64,000 bases of DNA, taken from assembly GCA_964016885.1 (NCBI GenBank), contig OZ024759.1, positions 29,078,001-29,142,000 on the forward strand, written 5' to 3'. A model generated the notes under the pieces. The model did not search any database, was not told the DNA's origin, and was given only the letters and a program-made list of their open reading frames with translations. Numbering within the stretch: the first letter of the stretch is position 1; every line of letters starts with the position of its first letter. Position numbers and translations under genes: made by a program. Below, piece after piece: positions 28,171 to 41,856 of this stretch. This DNA is from Eledone cirrhosa. Its lineage: Eukaryota.

Positions 28171-28722
28171 ATCAGAGTTGTCCCGTATGTAAGTATGTGT
28201 GTATGTATCCCCTTTGTTAGCTCAGAGTTGTCCCGTATGTAAGTATGTGTGTATGTATCCCCTTTGTTAGCTCAGAGTTGTCCCGTATGTAAGTATGTGT
28301 GTATGTATCCCCTTTGTTAGCTCAGGGTTGTCCCGTATGTAAGTATGTGTGTATGTATCCCCTTTGTTAGCTCAGAGTTGTCCCGTATGTAAGTATGTGT
28401 GTATGTATCCCCTTTGTTAGCTCAGGGTTGTCCCGTATGTAAGTATGTGTGTATGTATCCCCTTTGTTAGCTCAGGGTTGTCCCGTATGTAAGTATGTGT
28501 GTATGTATCCCCTTTGTTAGCTCAGGGTTGTCCCGTATGTAAGTATGTGTGTATGTATCCCCTTTGTTAGCTCAGGGTTGTCCCGTATGTAAGTATGTGT
28601 GTATGTATCCCCTTTGTTAGCTCAGGGTTGTCCCGTATGTAAGTATGTGTGTATGTATCCCCTTTGTTAGCTCAGAGTTGTCCCGTATGTAAGTATGTGT
28701 GTATGTATCCCCTTTGTTAGCT
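28171..28722. repeat. Minisatellite, 50-bp unit x 11
   Basis: ctcag(a/g)gttgtcccgtatgtaagtatgtgtgtatgtatcccctttgttag, contiguous with no spacers. Confidence 0.95.
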
Positions 28723-31198
28723 AAGAAAACAAGACATTAGGCTATTTATCTAAGTATGTTTAAGGTACAGAGTCGGTTTAGATATATGGGGTTTGTCCCC
28801 TATGTAAGTATGGGTGTCCCTTTTGTTAGCTAATAACGGGCATTAGGTTATAAATCTGAGTATGTTAAGGTGCAGAATAGGTATAAATATAAGAGGATTG
28901 TCCCCTATGTAAGTTTGTGTGCCCTTTGTTAGTAAAGGAAATGGACATTAGATTATATATCTAAGTATGTATATGTAGTTTGTTTTTGGTGTCTTGAAGG
29001 TTTTAAAAGAATTCTAGTGCATCTGTCTTTTGACTTAACTTTCCCCTCTATAGTAAACAGTCTGTCTGTGTGTCTGTTCACCCCCCATCACTCACCATCA
29101 TCATCATTACCAACACCACCATCTATTCACCATTACCATCACCAACATTATCATTACCAGACCATCATCACCACCCGCCTCATCACTACCATTACCATTA
29201 CCACACCATCATCACCACCAACCTCATCACTACACTATCATCAACATTACCACACCACCATCACCATCTTCACCCCCACCACCCACCATATTTACAGATG
29301 GCTGTACAAGCAATCAACTAACTGCTGTTTCAACCAATTTGCAGGAACCCTTCTGTTGAATATATTTTAGTTTTCTGCAGGGATGGGGGACTAGCAATTT
29401 ATAAAGGGACATCACATGGAACCATAGAGGTGTTAGGGAAGGGGGAGAAGAGGGACATAAGGAACTGTGGTGGTGGTGGTGGTGGTGGTAGTAGTAACAG
29501 TAGCAGTAATAGCATTAGTGATGGTAGAGAATAGAGGTGGTGGTGGTGATGGTAGTAGTAGTAGTAGTAGTAGTAGTAGTTGCAGTAGTAGTAGTAGTTG
29601 CAGCAGCGACAGAGGTGATTATAAGTAGCAACACTTAACAGTGGAATGTAATTTGAGGGAGATGTGGCTACTGTTTCTAGCTAGTTGATGTCTCATATAG
29701 GAGAAGAGGGTGGGGGGGGGGGGGGTCATCATTTTACCAGACCCCTGTCCCCTACACTCCAGAACCAACCACTTTATGTGTGGAATAAGGATTGTTATGT
29801 AGCAGTAGAGGGTAGTTTGAGGGAGATTTAGCTATTATTTTTAGCAGTACAGGAAGGTTCCTCATTTTTTGCATCCATGTGAAGAATTGTGTGTTAGGTT
29901 AGGTCATTGTTGACATGACAACAGCACCAACCACATGTGAGGGTGTAAGGAATGGTACTTCACAGTTTAGTGTAATTTGAGTGTGGTTTAGCTGGTTTAT
30001 AGAACGCTTAGTTTTCCTCTGTGAGAGGCTTGAGTTGTAGCTATGACTACAACACCCACCACCAACCAAGGACTAAAGAATGGTACACATATTTCTTCTT
30101 ACTCAACATTCAACTATTGTAATTCGAGTGAGATTTGGCTATTATTTCTAACTTCTTGATCAAATGTATATGAAGGTTCCGTCATTTGCAAGTTTTCTTG
30201 TGTGAAGATTTGTAGGATGGTTTAGGCAGTTGTTTGTATTATGACACCAACCATGTGTGTGTGTGGGCATAAGAAATGGTACATATTTCTTCTTAGTCAA
30301 CATTCAGCTATGTAGATTGAGAGGGGCAAGGCTGCTTTAGTTGGGTGTACTTAAAAAAGATGGTCCTTAGTTTATGGTTTAACGACAACAAATGGCTGTA
30401 AGATTGCTAGATAGGAGAGGTTAATGGCTTCTCAGTCATGTAATAATTACTTTCGAGTCAGAAACTGTGTCTCTGGAACCTAGCCTTAAAACAGATTGAT
30501 GTCCTGTACCACATGAAACTACATTAGCAAGACATAGTTGAAAAGTACAAAACAGCACTATGACTGCATCTCATTTAAAAAATGAAGTCTTTAGTTTATT
30601 AGAAACTTCCATTACAAACTGTCCAGTAGTAAAGATACTATTATTCTGCAATTTTTCACAGTGATCTGTTTACTAGTAAATATACTATAAGCATTTCAAT
30701 TAACCACATTAGCAAATACATAAATAGCTCTATGACTGCATTGTATTAAATATTAAAGTCTTTATTTTAGTTTACTGCAAATTATTATAACAATCTGACC
30801 ACTAGTAAAGATACAATAAATCTTTGAATTAAACCACACAAAACTACTGTGAAAAATACAAAACAGCAGTATGACTGCATCACATTAAAATTTAAAGTCT
30901 ACTTTAATACTATAAACATTTGAATTAACAAACACATTTTGAAACATTTTCTGTTAAATCATTACAGGATGTTAAGATTTAAAAAGTCTTTCATAGAAAA
31001 GGTCAGACTGGAATATTGTATGTTTATTCATTTGTTACCATATCTCTAATGAAAAGATACTGCCTATTACAATTTTCAAAGAATTTGGAGGGATTTAGTA
31101 ATATAAACTAATTTTCTCATTATCAAGCTGGTGTTTGGGATATAACTTAGAGGTTCTTACATAAAATTATGATTGAACAATCTGAAATAAATTATATA

Positions 31199-31280
31199 TA
31201 CAGGGTGTCCCAAAAAATGTGCACACATATTTACTAGAATGCTGTCAAAGTGTATATACATTTTTGGGGGACACCCTATA
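31199..31280. mobile_element. Tc1/mariner-type MITE
   Basis: TA-cagggtgtcccaaaaaatgt...acatttttgggggacaccct-ATA; sibling at 50765-50844, related one at 10135-10257. Confidence 0.75.
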
Positions 31281-32011
31281 TTTTAACATTTTTCATTTCC
31301 ATATCTCTAATGAAAAACACTGTCCGATTTTCAAATAAATTAGAATATTTTCACTTTAAAATATACATCATAGTATTTTAGAACCAAGGGCAGTTTTTAG
31401 GGAATTTGTTATCAATTTTTATCAAAAGTTTTTTTAACTTTTATCTATCTTACCACCCCACCCACTGTCTCCCTTAATTCACCCCACCAGCAACAATTCA
31501 CTCCACAGCCCACCCCACCCCAGCACCCAATCCAATGTTTATATAAGATTGCTATTTAAAATGTTTTCCATGGGTGTTGATTAGGGGTGAGGTGTTAATA
31601 ACAACAAACTTGATCCCTCAACTCCAGTCCCTGCAGGGTGGTTGGGTCCTTATCTGGAAATATCTGATTCCCCTCTGTTCCTTATCAGGACCTCTATGTG
31701 TGTGTGTGCACAAGCGTGTACCCTATATATATATATATATACACACACGTGTTGGTGTATGTACCCTGTATAGATATATATACACACACATGTTGTGTAT
31801 ATACCCAAGACATGGTAGTTGGTCCTTATAACAACATCTGATAGATCTTATAACATAAACTGTTAAATCAACAGTTTGTTCTATAAGATCTATTAGATAT
31901 ATGTCTGCCTGTGTGAGTGTGTGTGTCTGTGTGTGTACATACATACACTGGTAAATTAAAATATTTTAATGACTTGCCCCATCAATTCTCCCTCCTACAT
32001 CAGACCGGCTG

Positions 32012-32101
<90 letters not shown>

Positions 32102-32237
32102 GATAAATCTACCAATCAATGGTAGGGTCTAAACCGTATGAAGAACTCAATGTAATCCGTATGTAGATGTCGTGAAGCAAAGTTTAAAATACAAAATGTT
32201 CAACGATATAATTCACTGGATACAGAGTCAAAAATAG

Positions 32238-32528
32238 AAATATTAAAACAATGAAATTAAACAAAAAACGGTTAATTCATAGTAAAACTCATTAATTTAC
32301 GATCGTTTCTGGGGGGGGGGGGGGGCACCCTGTATGCCCATTCAATTGATCTATGTAAAATATATTACAAAATATCATAGTAAGAAAAAATACATACGTC
32401 TTCACTACCCGCTGTCTTCAGAAATAATGTTGGACATACGGGGAACTACCCCCCCAGAAACAATCGTAAAATAATGAGTTTTACTATGAATTAACCGTTT
32501 TTTGTTTAATTTCATTGTTTTAATATTT
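32238..32528. mobile_element. Fold-back element with about 80-bp inverted arms carrying a hammerhead with a long stem-II insert (Penelope-like relic)
   Basis: 32238-32320 is the reverse complement of about 32449-32528. Minus strand: ttattt-CTGAAGA (32421-32415)...GAAA-cgatc-GTA-aattaa; the + arm has the perfect stem-I partner aaataa. TA/TG tracts nearby. Confidence 0.55.
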
Positions 32529-32531
32529 ATT

Positions 32532-32591
<60 letters not shown>

Positions 32592-32921
32592 CGTGTGCCT
32601 GTCATTGTTTATGTGGAAGCTGCCAGAGGTGGTTAGTACTGCTTGCTCTCTCTCCCATTGATGTCCAAACTGTACATGTCTTCAAGTGTCCAGTCAAGTA
32701 TCCTAAATGTCCACGCCAGTACTGATATCTAGTTGAGTTTCAAGGCCAACAAGTTGTGTATCTATTGATTACATTTTCCCTAGTACTTAACTGGTATTTT
32801 ATTGACCCAAGGAGAATAAAATGCAAAGTTGACCGTGGCAGGGTTTGAAATCAAACGAATTCCTCAAAGCATTTTATCTGACGCTCTAATGATTCTGTCA
32901 ATCCAATGAACTCTGCTCATA

Positions 32922-33360
32922 TTCATCATCATCAAGGATTTTTAGTTCGTTTTTCCACGATTGCATGGGTTGGACAGGCCCTTTTCAGTACAGCATCTCT
33001 CCACATGCCACGTTCTTTCATCATCTCCACTGTGAGTCTAAGCTATTTGAGATCAGCTTTCACCACCTCTGTTCAGGCCTTCTTTGGTCTTCCTCTATTT
33101 TGGCTTCTTTCCACTGGGATTTCCTGACACTTCTTCAACCAGTGATCATCGTCCATGCGTAGCACGTGTCCATACCAACGCAGTCATCTCTCTTAAATGC
33201 CACTTTGGATTCCTCTTAAACCCAGTTTCTCCTTAGTTCAGCCAACATTGCACATCCAATGAAGCATGGTTGCTTCATTTCTCTCCAGCCTACACATGTC
33301 CTCTGCAGTCACTAATCATGCAGCATTGCACTTTGTACACAGGCATCATACAGTCATCCT
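32922..33360 (-). mobile_element. RTE LINE 3' end
   Basis: Minus strand LYDACVQSAMLH...EDMCRLERNEATMLHWMCN...RWYGHVLRMDD, ending in the shared caacccatgc...gatgatga tail; short 3' ends also at 11260-11455 and 33430-33620. Confidence 0.75.
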
Positions 33361-34304
33361 AATACTGACACTACAAAAGTAATATTGGATATATGGTCAG
33401 CCTTATTGAATACAGGCAGCACGTGTATCACCATTTTACATCCACTTTTCCCTGCTTGCAAGGGTGGGACGGGTCCTATTCAGCACAGCATCTCTCCATT
33501 CGTCACAGTCTTTCATCATCTCCTCTGTGAGCTTCAGTGATCTGAGGTCAGCTCTCACCACCTCCGCCCATGATTTTCATGGTCTTCGTCTACTGCGTCT
33601 TCCTTCCACTGGGATTTCTTGGTTTAAAATCAATCAAAAGATTCCAGACCTCATTTGCATACCAAGTGGGGTGGAACTTGCCAAATCGGACCTTGGAAAC
33701 AATGTTTCCATTGCTGATACTATCTGCTTGTTGTAAGAAGCAACTAAAAGGGGTTAGTGTCAGGAACAGGAGGGTATCTATGTGGAAAACATTACCTCAA
33801 AATGTTCGATCCAACCCATGCTAACAATGGTGATGACGATGACAGCTCTGGTTTGCGTAACTTCCTTCCCATGTCTGTTGAATTATTCCTTTGTCACCCT
33901 ACCATTATTTATTCACAACAACCAAATGTATGTAACATTCTACATCACCCCCCCCCCCCCCCACCCGGAGATATTTGTAGCATTTGTCACTGGAGATAGA
34001 GGAGAAAGAGAGGGTCTATTTGTTACTGGAGAGAGAGAGAGAGGGGGGGGCGTCTATTTGTTACTGGAGATAGAGGAGAGAGAAAGAGAGAGGGTCCATT
34101 TGTTACTGTAGATAGAAGGGAGGGAGGGAGAGAGAGAGAGATCATTTATCACTGGAGATAAGGAAGTGAGAGGGAGAATGAGAGTCCATTCATAAACATT
34201 CTTTGTTTGGTCAACAATGTTTCTGCGATTGGATTGGCTACCAAATAAAACCAATCTCCATTTCTATGTCCTCTCAGTGTGTGTGTGTCTGTCTGTGTGT
34301 GATT

Positions 34305-34482
34305 GATTGGCAGTATCAGTAGAGTCAGACGCCATGCTTTCCAGCATAGTTACGTCCCTTTACGGTCTGAGTTCAAATCCCGCCGAGGTTAACTTTGCCT
34401 TTCATCCTTACGGGGTCGATAAAATAAAGTACCAGTAATGCACTGGATAATTGCTGGCCTTGTGCCAAAAGTAGAAACAATT
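34305..34482 (+). mobile_element. SINE family A
   Basis: Matches the family A consensus. Confidence 0.85.
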
Positions 34483-34489
34483 ATTTCAT

Positions 34490-34940
34490 CCATTGCCTTA
34501 TACATGAGTGTGTATGTCTTAGTGTTTGTGTGTGTGTGTAGTTGATTATTTGGTTCCTTGCCTTACACATGAGTATGTTTAATGGTTCTGTGTGTGTGTG
34601 TGTGTAGTTGATTATTTGGTTCCTTGCCTTACACATGAGTATGTTTAATGGTTCTCTCTGTGTGTGTGTGTGTGTAGTTGATTATTTGGTTCCTTGCCTT
34701 ACACATGAGTATGTTTAATGGTTCTCTTAGTGTGTGTGTGTGTGTGTGTGTGTAGTTAATTATTTGGTTCCTTGCCTTACACATGAGTATGTTTAATGGT
34801 TCTCTTAGTATGAGTGTGTGTGTGTGTGTGTAGTTGATTATTTGATTCATTGCCTTACACATGAGTATGTTTAATGGTTCTCTTAGTATGAGTGTGTGTG
34901 TGTGTGTGTGTAGTTGATTATTTGATTCATTGCCTTATAT
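34490..34940. repeat. Minisatellite with about 66-78-bp units containing variable (TG)n
   Basis: Repeated gtagttgattatttggttccttgccttacacatgagtatgtttaatggttctc. Confidence 0.9.
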
Positions 34941-36285
34941 ACATGACTGTGTGTGTTTAATTATTCTCTTAGTGTATATATGTGTCTGTGTGTATTTAAT
35001 TATTCTCTTAGTGTGAGTATGTGTGTTTGCCTTATACATGTGTTATATGTAATAACTTGATCTATCGCCTTATACATGTGTGTATGTTTAATGATTTGCT
35101 TAGTGTGTGTGTGTGTGCAAGATTCTGTGAACTGTCCTATTCATGTGTGTTTGTGTAGCTGCTATACATGTGTGTGAATGTATATTTTTTTATACATGGT
35201 TTTGTAGTTGTATGTTGGTTTTTTTTTCTTTTCTTCTGTGTGTGTGTGTGTGTGTATATATATGTGTGAATATATGTGTGTGTGTATGAGTGTGTATATG
35301 TGTGTGTTTAATGTATTGTGTCACATTCAACAACTGGTGTTTTAATAGAAAATCTACACTTAAATAGTTTGTGGTTTTATTTGTGTGTGTAGTGTGTGTG
35401 TGTGTAGCACCCCCCTCCCCCGTTTGTATGGTAAAAAATACTTTGTAAACAAATAAACAAATAAAATAAACTAACGTTAAGTCATGTAATAATAATTTCT
35501 TCTCAAGTTACTGAGGTGAGAGGGAGAGATGGGTGGTGGATAGAGAGAGGGGAGGGAGACATATAGTGGTGGAGAGAGTGATGTAGTGTTAGATAGAAAG
35601 GGGGCAGAGAGAGAGATATAGTGGTTGAGAGAGAAGGGGAGGGAGAGAGTGATGTAGTGTTAGATAGGGGGCAGAGAGAGAGATATAGTGGTTGATAGAA
35701 GAGGGGAGGGCGAGAGTGATGTAGTGTTAGATAGAGAGGGGGCAGAGAGAGAGATATAATGGTTGATAGAAGAGGGGAGGGCGAGAGTGATGTAGTGTTA
35801 GATAGAGAGGGGGCAGAGAGAGAGATATAGTGGTTGAGAGAGAAGGGGAGAGGGAAATATAGTGATAGAGGAGGGGAGGGAGCGATATAGTGGTGAAAAG
35901 AGAGGGGGGATATAGTGATAGAGAGGAGGAAGATGTGGTGTTAGGGGGGAGGAGAGAGAAAGAGATATGGTGATAGAGAGGGGGGGGGGGCAAAGAGACG
36001 TAGTAGTAATAGTAGTAGATAGATGGCCTGATTGGGGTAGATAGATCGATAGAGAGAGAGGGGTGATGGTTGGTGGAGAAGAGGGGGGAAATTGAGGTAG
36101 ATAGAAAGAAGGATGAGAGGGTGGTAGTATAGAGATAGGAAGTGGGTGGGAGTTAGAGGGAAAGATAGACACTTTAAAAGGTGGTGATATGTGGGGACAG
36201 AAAATGTGGGTTTCTTCTGAAAGTTTTTGCTAAGTTTGTGTGTGTGTGTCCTCCCTCCCTCTCAATCTCCTGTCTATCTATATCT

Positions 36286-36930
36286 CCCACCACCAACCCC
36301 CTCTATCCCACCAACCCACTCTACCCCACCAACCCTCTCTACCCCACCAACCCTCTCTACCCCACCAACCCTCTCTACCCCACCAACCCTCTCTACCCCA
36401 CCAACCCACTCTACCCCACCACCCTCTCTACCCCATCAACCCTCTCTACCCCACCAACCCTCTCTACCCCACCAACCCTCTCTACCCCACCAACCCACTC
36501 TACCCCACCACCCTCTCTACCCCATCAACCCTCTCTACCCCACCAACCCTCTCTACCCCACCAACCCTCTCTACCCCACCACCCTCTCTACCCCACCACC
36601 CTCTCTACCCCATCAACCCACTCTACCCCACCAACCCTCTCTACCCCACCAACCCTCTCTACCCCACCACCCTCTCTACCCCACCAACCCTCTCTACCCC
36701 ACCAACCCTCTCTACCCCACCAACCCTCTCTACCCCACCAACCCACTCTACCCCACCACCCTCTCTACCCCATCAACCCTCTCTACCCCACCAACCCTCT
36801 CTACCCCACCAACCCTCTCTACCCCACCACCCTCTCTACCCCACCACCCTCTCTACCCCATCAACCCACTCTACCCCACCAACCCTCTCTACCCCACCAA
36901 CCCTCTCTACCCCACCACCCTCTCTACCCC
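36286..36930. repeat. C-rich minisatellite, 15/18-bp units (ccaccaaccctctctacc)
   Basis: Directly visible; open in all three frames, so the long ORFs here are artefacts. Confidence 0.95.
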
Positions 36931-37087
36931 AGATATTGCTGAACCAGACTAAGATGTGAAACAAGTGGTTTTCATTAGCTTCCAACCAACCAACCAGCCA
37001 GCCAACCTCTCTTAGCTGGAAGGCTTACATTACACATACATGGCTCTCAGCTTACACACACATACACACAGCTTTCAGCTTACCCTA

Positions 37088-37132
<45 letters not shown>

Positions 37133-37402
37133 CCATGCATATATACATACATACCCATGCATACATGCACACTACTACTTGGCTCTCAACTTACCCTAAG
37201 CTACCCTAGCCATGTTCACACAAAAACAAAAATGCACACATATACATATACACATGGCCTTCAATTTACGTACTACCCTGCGAAGACGTAGACATGCACA
37301 TGTACATACATGCATACAGATGCACACAAAAATATTCATTATTCACGTTTACACACACACCCACTCACACACCATGGCGCTTATATCACTGGCTACCTTA
37401 GC

Positions 37403-37435
<33 letters not shown>

Positions 37436-37440
37436 ATATT

Positions 37441-37483
<43 letters not shown>

Positions 37484-38028
37484 GCAGATATACATGCTTA
37501 CATAAATATACAACTCTCGTTTAAATACATACATATATAATATATATACACACACAAACCCACTTACACATCATGGCTCTTATTTCACTGGTTACCTTAG
37601 CCATACATACATACATAGATACATACATACATATATACACACCCATGCAAATACAAACATGCAGACATACATACATACATACATATATACACATGCAAAT
37701 ACAAACATGCAGACATACATACGTATATACACACACATGCAAATACAAACATGCAGACATACATACATACATAAATATACAACTCACGTTTACAAACATA
37801 CACACTCACATCCTCTACTCACATGATATCCAGAATTGAGTGTGAGTGTTCACTCGCTGGAGTTATTCATTCTGCCCATCTCTGTTCCAAGTTCCAAAGT
37901 TCAACCACATGGACCCTTGTACTTGCTTCTTTAAAAACCCAGTATTTATTTCATCAAACCCCTTTTGTCGAAACACTAAGTTACAGGGCTTTAAATAAAT
38001 TAAATGTATAAACGAGACAAACACACAT

Positions 38029-38323
38029 ATCATCATCATCATCATCATCATTTTACATCTGCTTTTCCCTGCTTGCAAGGGTGGGACGGGAACTGATTCT
38101 GGCTTGATTTCTACAGCTGGATGCCCTTCCTAACACCAACCTCATTTACAGTGAGTGCTGGGTGCTTTTTTGCCGTGGCACCTCCACGACCACTTTGCAG
38201 TGGAATGATAGGGACCCCAGTCCCTATCATCTCATTTCTACAGCTGAGTAAACTGGAGCAATGTGAAATAAAGTGTCTTGCTCAAGGAAACAACACATCA
38301 CCCGGTCTGAGAATTGAACTCAC
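38029..38323 (-). mobile_element. SINE family B, head truncated
   Basis: Matches 19058-19355. Confidence 0.85.
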
Positions 38324-38604
38324 ACAGATATATATGACAGGCTTCTCCAATTCCCCATTACTAAAGTTTACTTGTAAGGTATTGGTCAACCCGAAAGCGT
38401 GTGTGTGTGTGTGTCATTATCATCACCATCATTTTAATGTCTAGTTTTCCACGCTTGCATGTGCGTGTGTCTGTGTATATATATATATATATATATATTT
38501 ACACACAAACACACACACACACGCATGCATGGTAAACTACCAAATGCCACATAATATTTCCCAAAAGTAGTTGTGCTGGTAGTTTACCATGCATGTGTGT
38601 GTAA

Positions 38605-38686
<82 letters not shown>

Positions 38687-38761
38687 TAGCGTGGAAGAGT
38701 GGACGTAAAATGATGATGATATATATATTATATATATACAAATGTATAGATATTATTTTCA

Positions 38762-38839
<78 letters not shown>

Positions 38840-38858
38840 AAAGTATAGATATTATTTT

Positions 38859-38932
<74 letters not shown>

Positions 38933-38951
38933 AATGTATAGATATTATTTT

Positions 38952-38997
<46 letters not shown>

Positions 38998-39869
38998 AAA
39001 CGCCACATAATATTTCCAAAAAGTTATCAGGGCAGCCAGTAAGGCGCCAGTGAGGTCACTATGATTTATGAAAACCCCAAATCCACAGGTTCAAGTTGAC
39101 CTTTATGATGAACAGGACCAGATGTGAACAGTTGGGAGCTTTTAAACATCCACCAGCAGATGTTGTTGATATATATATATATATATATATATTTGGTGTG
39201 CATTTATGTATATGTGGCTTAGTGGTTAAGGTACTTGGTTCACAATCATAAGTTTGTGCTTTCGATCGATTCATGGTGGTTAAGGTGCTGGGCTCAGAAA
39301 TCAGAGATCATTTAAATCATAAGATTTAGTTTAATTGATTCCTGGATAGGGTGGCTCATTGTGTCCTTGAGCAAGACACTTTATTTCACATTGTTCCAGT
39401 TCACTCAGCTGGCAAATATGTGTTAAAGCTGCAATTCAAGGGGAGCAGCCATATTTTACACTGTGTCATTCTGAATCTTCCTGAGAACTATATGAAGTGT
39501 ACAACAATATATGTATCTTTGTGTGTGCGTGTATTATAAAATACAAACATATATCTTTATTCATAATATTTCTAAACAGTTATCAGTTATCAGGCCAACT
39601 TGTGAGAGGCCAGTAGGGGTCACTTTGAAACCTTTGATTTATGGAAGCTGAAACTCTAAAACCTATGGGTTCAACTTCGACCTTTATGATGTAACAGTAG
39701 CAATGAAAGGATGTTTTGATCTAAGATATGATCCAGGGTCAGATATGAACAGCTGTGAGGTTTCATACACCTGAAAGGGAGTTACAGTTGTGAAGGCCAC
39801 CAGAAGTTGTTGATGTAACACCCACACACAGATGTGTGTGTGTGTGTGTGTGTATATATATAGGAAAAA

Positions 39870-39935
<66 letters not shown>

Positions 39936-40020
39936 GCAAAAAGGAAACGGAAACAAAAAACAAAGCAAATAACACAGTGTAATGAAGAAATATATTAGTT
40001 TAACGCTTAATATAGTAGGA

Positions 40021-40060
40021 AAAGAGTCTTTACGTTTGGACACTAGTCCTTCATAAGAAG
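40021..40060 (-). ncRNA. Degenerate minimal hammerhead motif, family A
   Basis: Minus strand: cttCTTATGAaggactagtgtccAAAcGTAaagactc; two core lesions; shares about 60 bp of flank with the 43780 copy. Confidence 0.45.
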
Positions 40061-41711
40061 ATAGGGTGAGAAATAAAAGATCACATAGAAAGATACAGTG
40101 AAAGAATGGGGAAGAATTTTTGTATTATTCAACCACCCATTTGTGTGTATGTATATATATATGTATATATATAGTACATGAGCCTGCATTGCCCATTGGG
40201 CGGGTAGATGTTTTTGTTTATTTGACCCATATTTCTTTTCTTCTTTTTCTTCGCGCATATATTTGGGGGGAATTTACTAAAATATCTTTCTCATTATTAA
40301 GCTGGAGTTTGGAACATAACCTAGCAAAGGTTCCTACATAAAATCACGAAGGAAAGTTTTCAGATAAATATAACCTCTTTAAAATTAACTTGTTTTGTAC
40401 TGTAAAACGAGTTTGGTTTCAAAAGAGTTGAACCTTCACAAAAGTTATACTACATAAAACTTTGATGGAAGATTTCCAGATAAATATAAACACTTTAATA
40501 AAATATACCGTTTTGTACTGTAAAATGAGTGGTGCTTCAGTCGGTTTAGTATCAAAAGGGTTGAAACTTAATGACAGTTCTTACATAAAACTTTGAAGGA
40601 AGATTTTCAGATGAATTAAAATAAACAATTTTATATCATGGAACCTGTGAGAGTTTTGGAAGTTTCTGTAATGAAAGGGGTTAAGCTGATAGGGTGTGTG
40701 ATTTGAGGGAAATTTGGCTGTTGTTTTTATGGCAGGTCAAACAACTGTGTAAAGCATTCAGTCTCCAGTCTCTCTCTCTCATAGGCTGGCTCATTGGATG
40801 TTGACTTAATACTGTTGGTATAAACTATATTGAAGAGATCTGTGTTGATATATACCTCCACACACACACACACATGTGCATGTATATATATATAAACATA
40901 TATCTATCTGTATATATATATATATACACATATATATATTACAGTTACATATACATACAAGTTTCTCTGGTGGTTTAATGTACACACACAGACAGGCACA
41001 CCCCAGTTTTATGAGGATGTTTATTTTTGCTGCGTTTTAAATATTGTTTTGTTTTTGTTTTTAAATTGTAGTGCTAATTGAATTGGATTAATTTTTAATG
41101 TCCTATGTACAAATATAAACATGCGAAGGATATATATAACTATTTATATATATATATATATATACACACACATACATCCTGCCCCACTCTGTAAAGTAGT
41201 AGTGCAAGTGCCACGATAAAATATACCCCGCCTCACTCTGTAAAGTGGTACTGCAGGTGCCACAATAAAATGCACCCATGTCCACTCTGTAAAGCAACAA
41301 TAAAATATACCCACCTCCTCCAATCTGTAACGCTGGTGCCACGATAAAATGTACCCATGCCCACTCTGTAAAGTGCTTGTGCAGGTTCCATGATAAAATG
41401 CATCCCACCCCTCCATTCTCTAGTGGTAGTGCTGGTGCCACGATAAAATGCACCCAGTACCATTTCTGGCTGGTTTTGTTTCACAGAACGATAGCAATTT
41501 TGGCCTGGTTGGTATCTTCTTCTTCTTCTTCTTCTTCTTGATCATCACCCACTTATTCCTGAGAGGGTCATGAGGGCACTCCTCAAACACTCCTTCCGGC
41601 AGGTCCTGTCAAAAGCAACCATCTCCAATTGATCTGGCTGGTATCAAAACTTTTTAAAAAATTCATAATGTTCGATCGATTTCTTTAATACTTTATCTAA
41701 TCTCTTTTCAG

Positions 41712-41856
41712 CGCCAGAGTTTCAGCGGAAACCAAATCCAACTGAGGTGGAATATGTTGGGCAACGAATTCGTCTTCAGTGTCGTGTTAAGGGCAAACCA
41801 AGACCAATGCTGTCGTGGTACCGTAATGGACAACGGGTTAATGTTAGTCAGCCCAG
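41712..41856 (+). CDS. FGFR: FGFR-family exon 2, IgI N-half (APEFQRKPNPTEVEYVGQRIRLQCRVKGKPRPMLSWYRNGQRVNVSQP)
   Basis: tctcttttcag acceptor, CAG|GTAAAG donor, I-set Ig motif LxC...GxPxPxxxWYxNG; phase 1 to phase 2. Not in the ORF track. Confidence 0.92.

Noticed and set aside
28171-28722. CRISPR-like regular array
   Set aside because: Contiguous identical units with no unique spacers, eukaryotic context and no cas genes. The same applies to the 96-, 99-, 100- and 145-bp arrays.
36181-36959. Three overlapping 240-250 aa Pro/Thr-rich ORFs
   Set aside because: A stop-free 15/18-bp minisatellite open in all frames, with no splice-compatible context.
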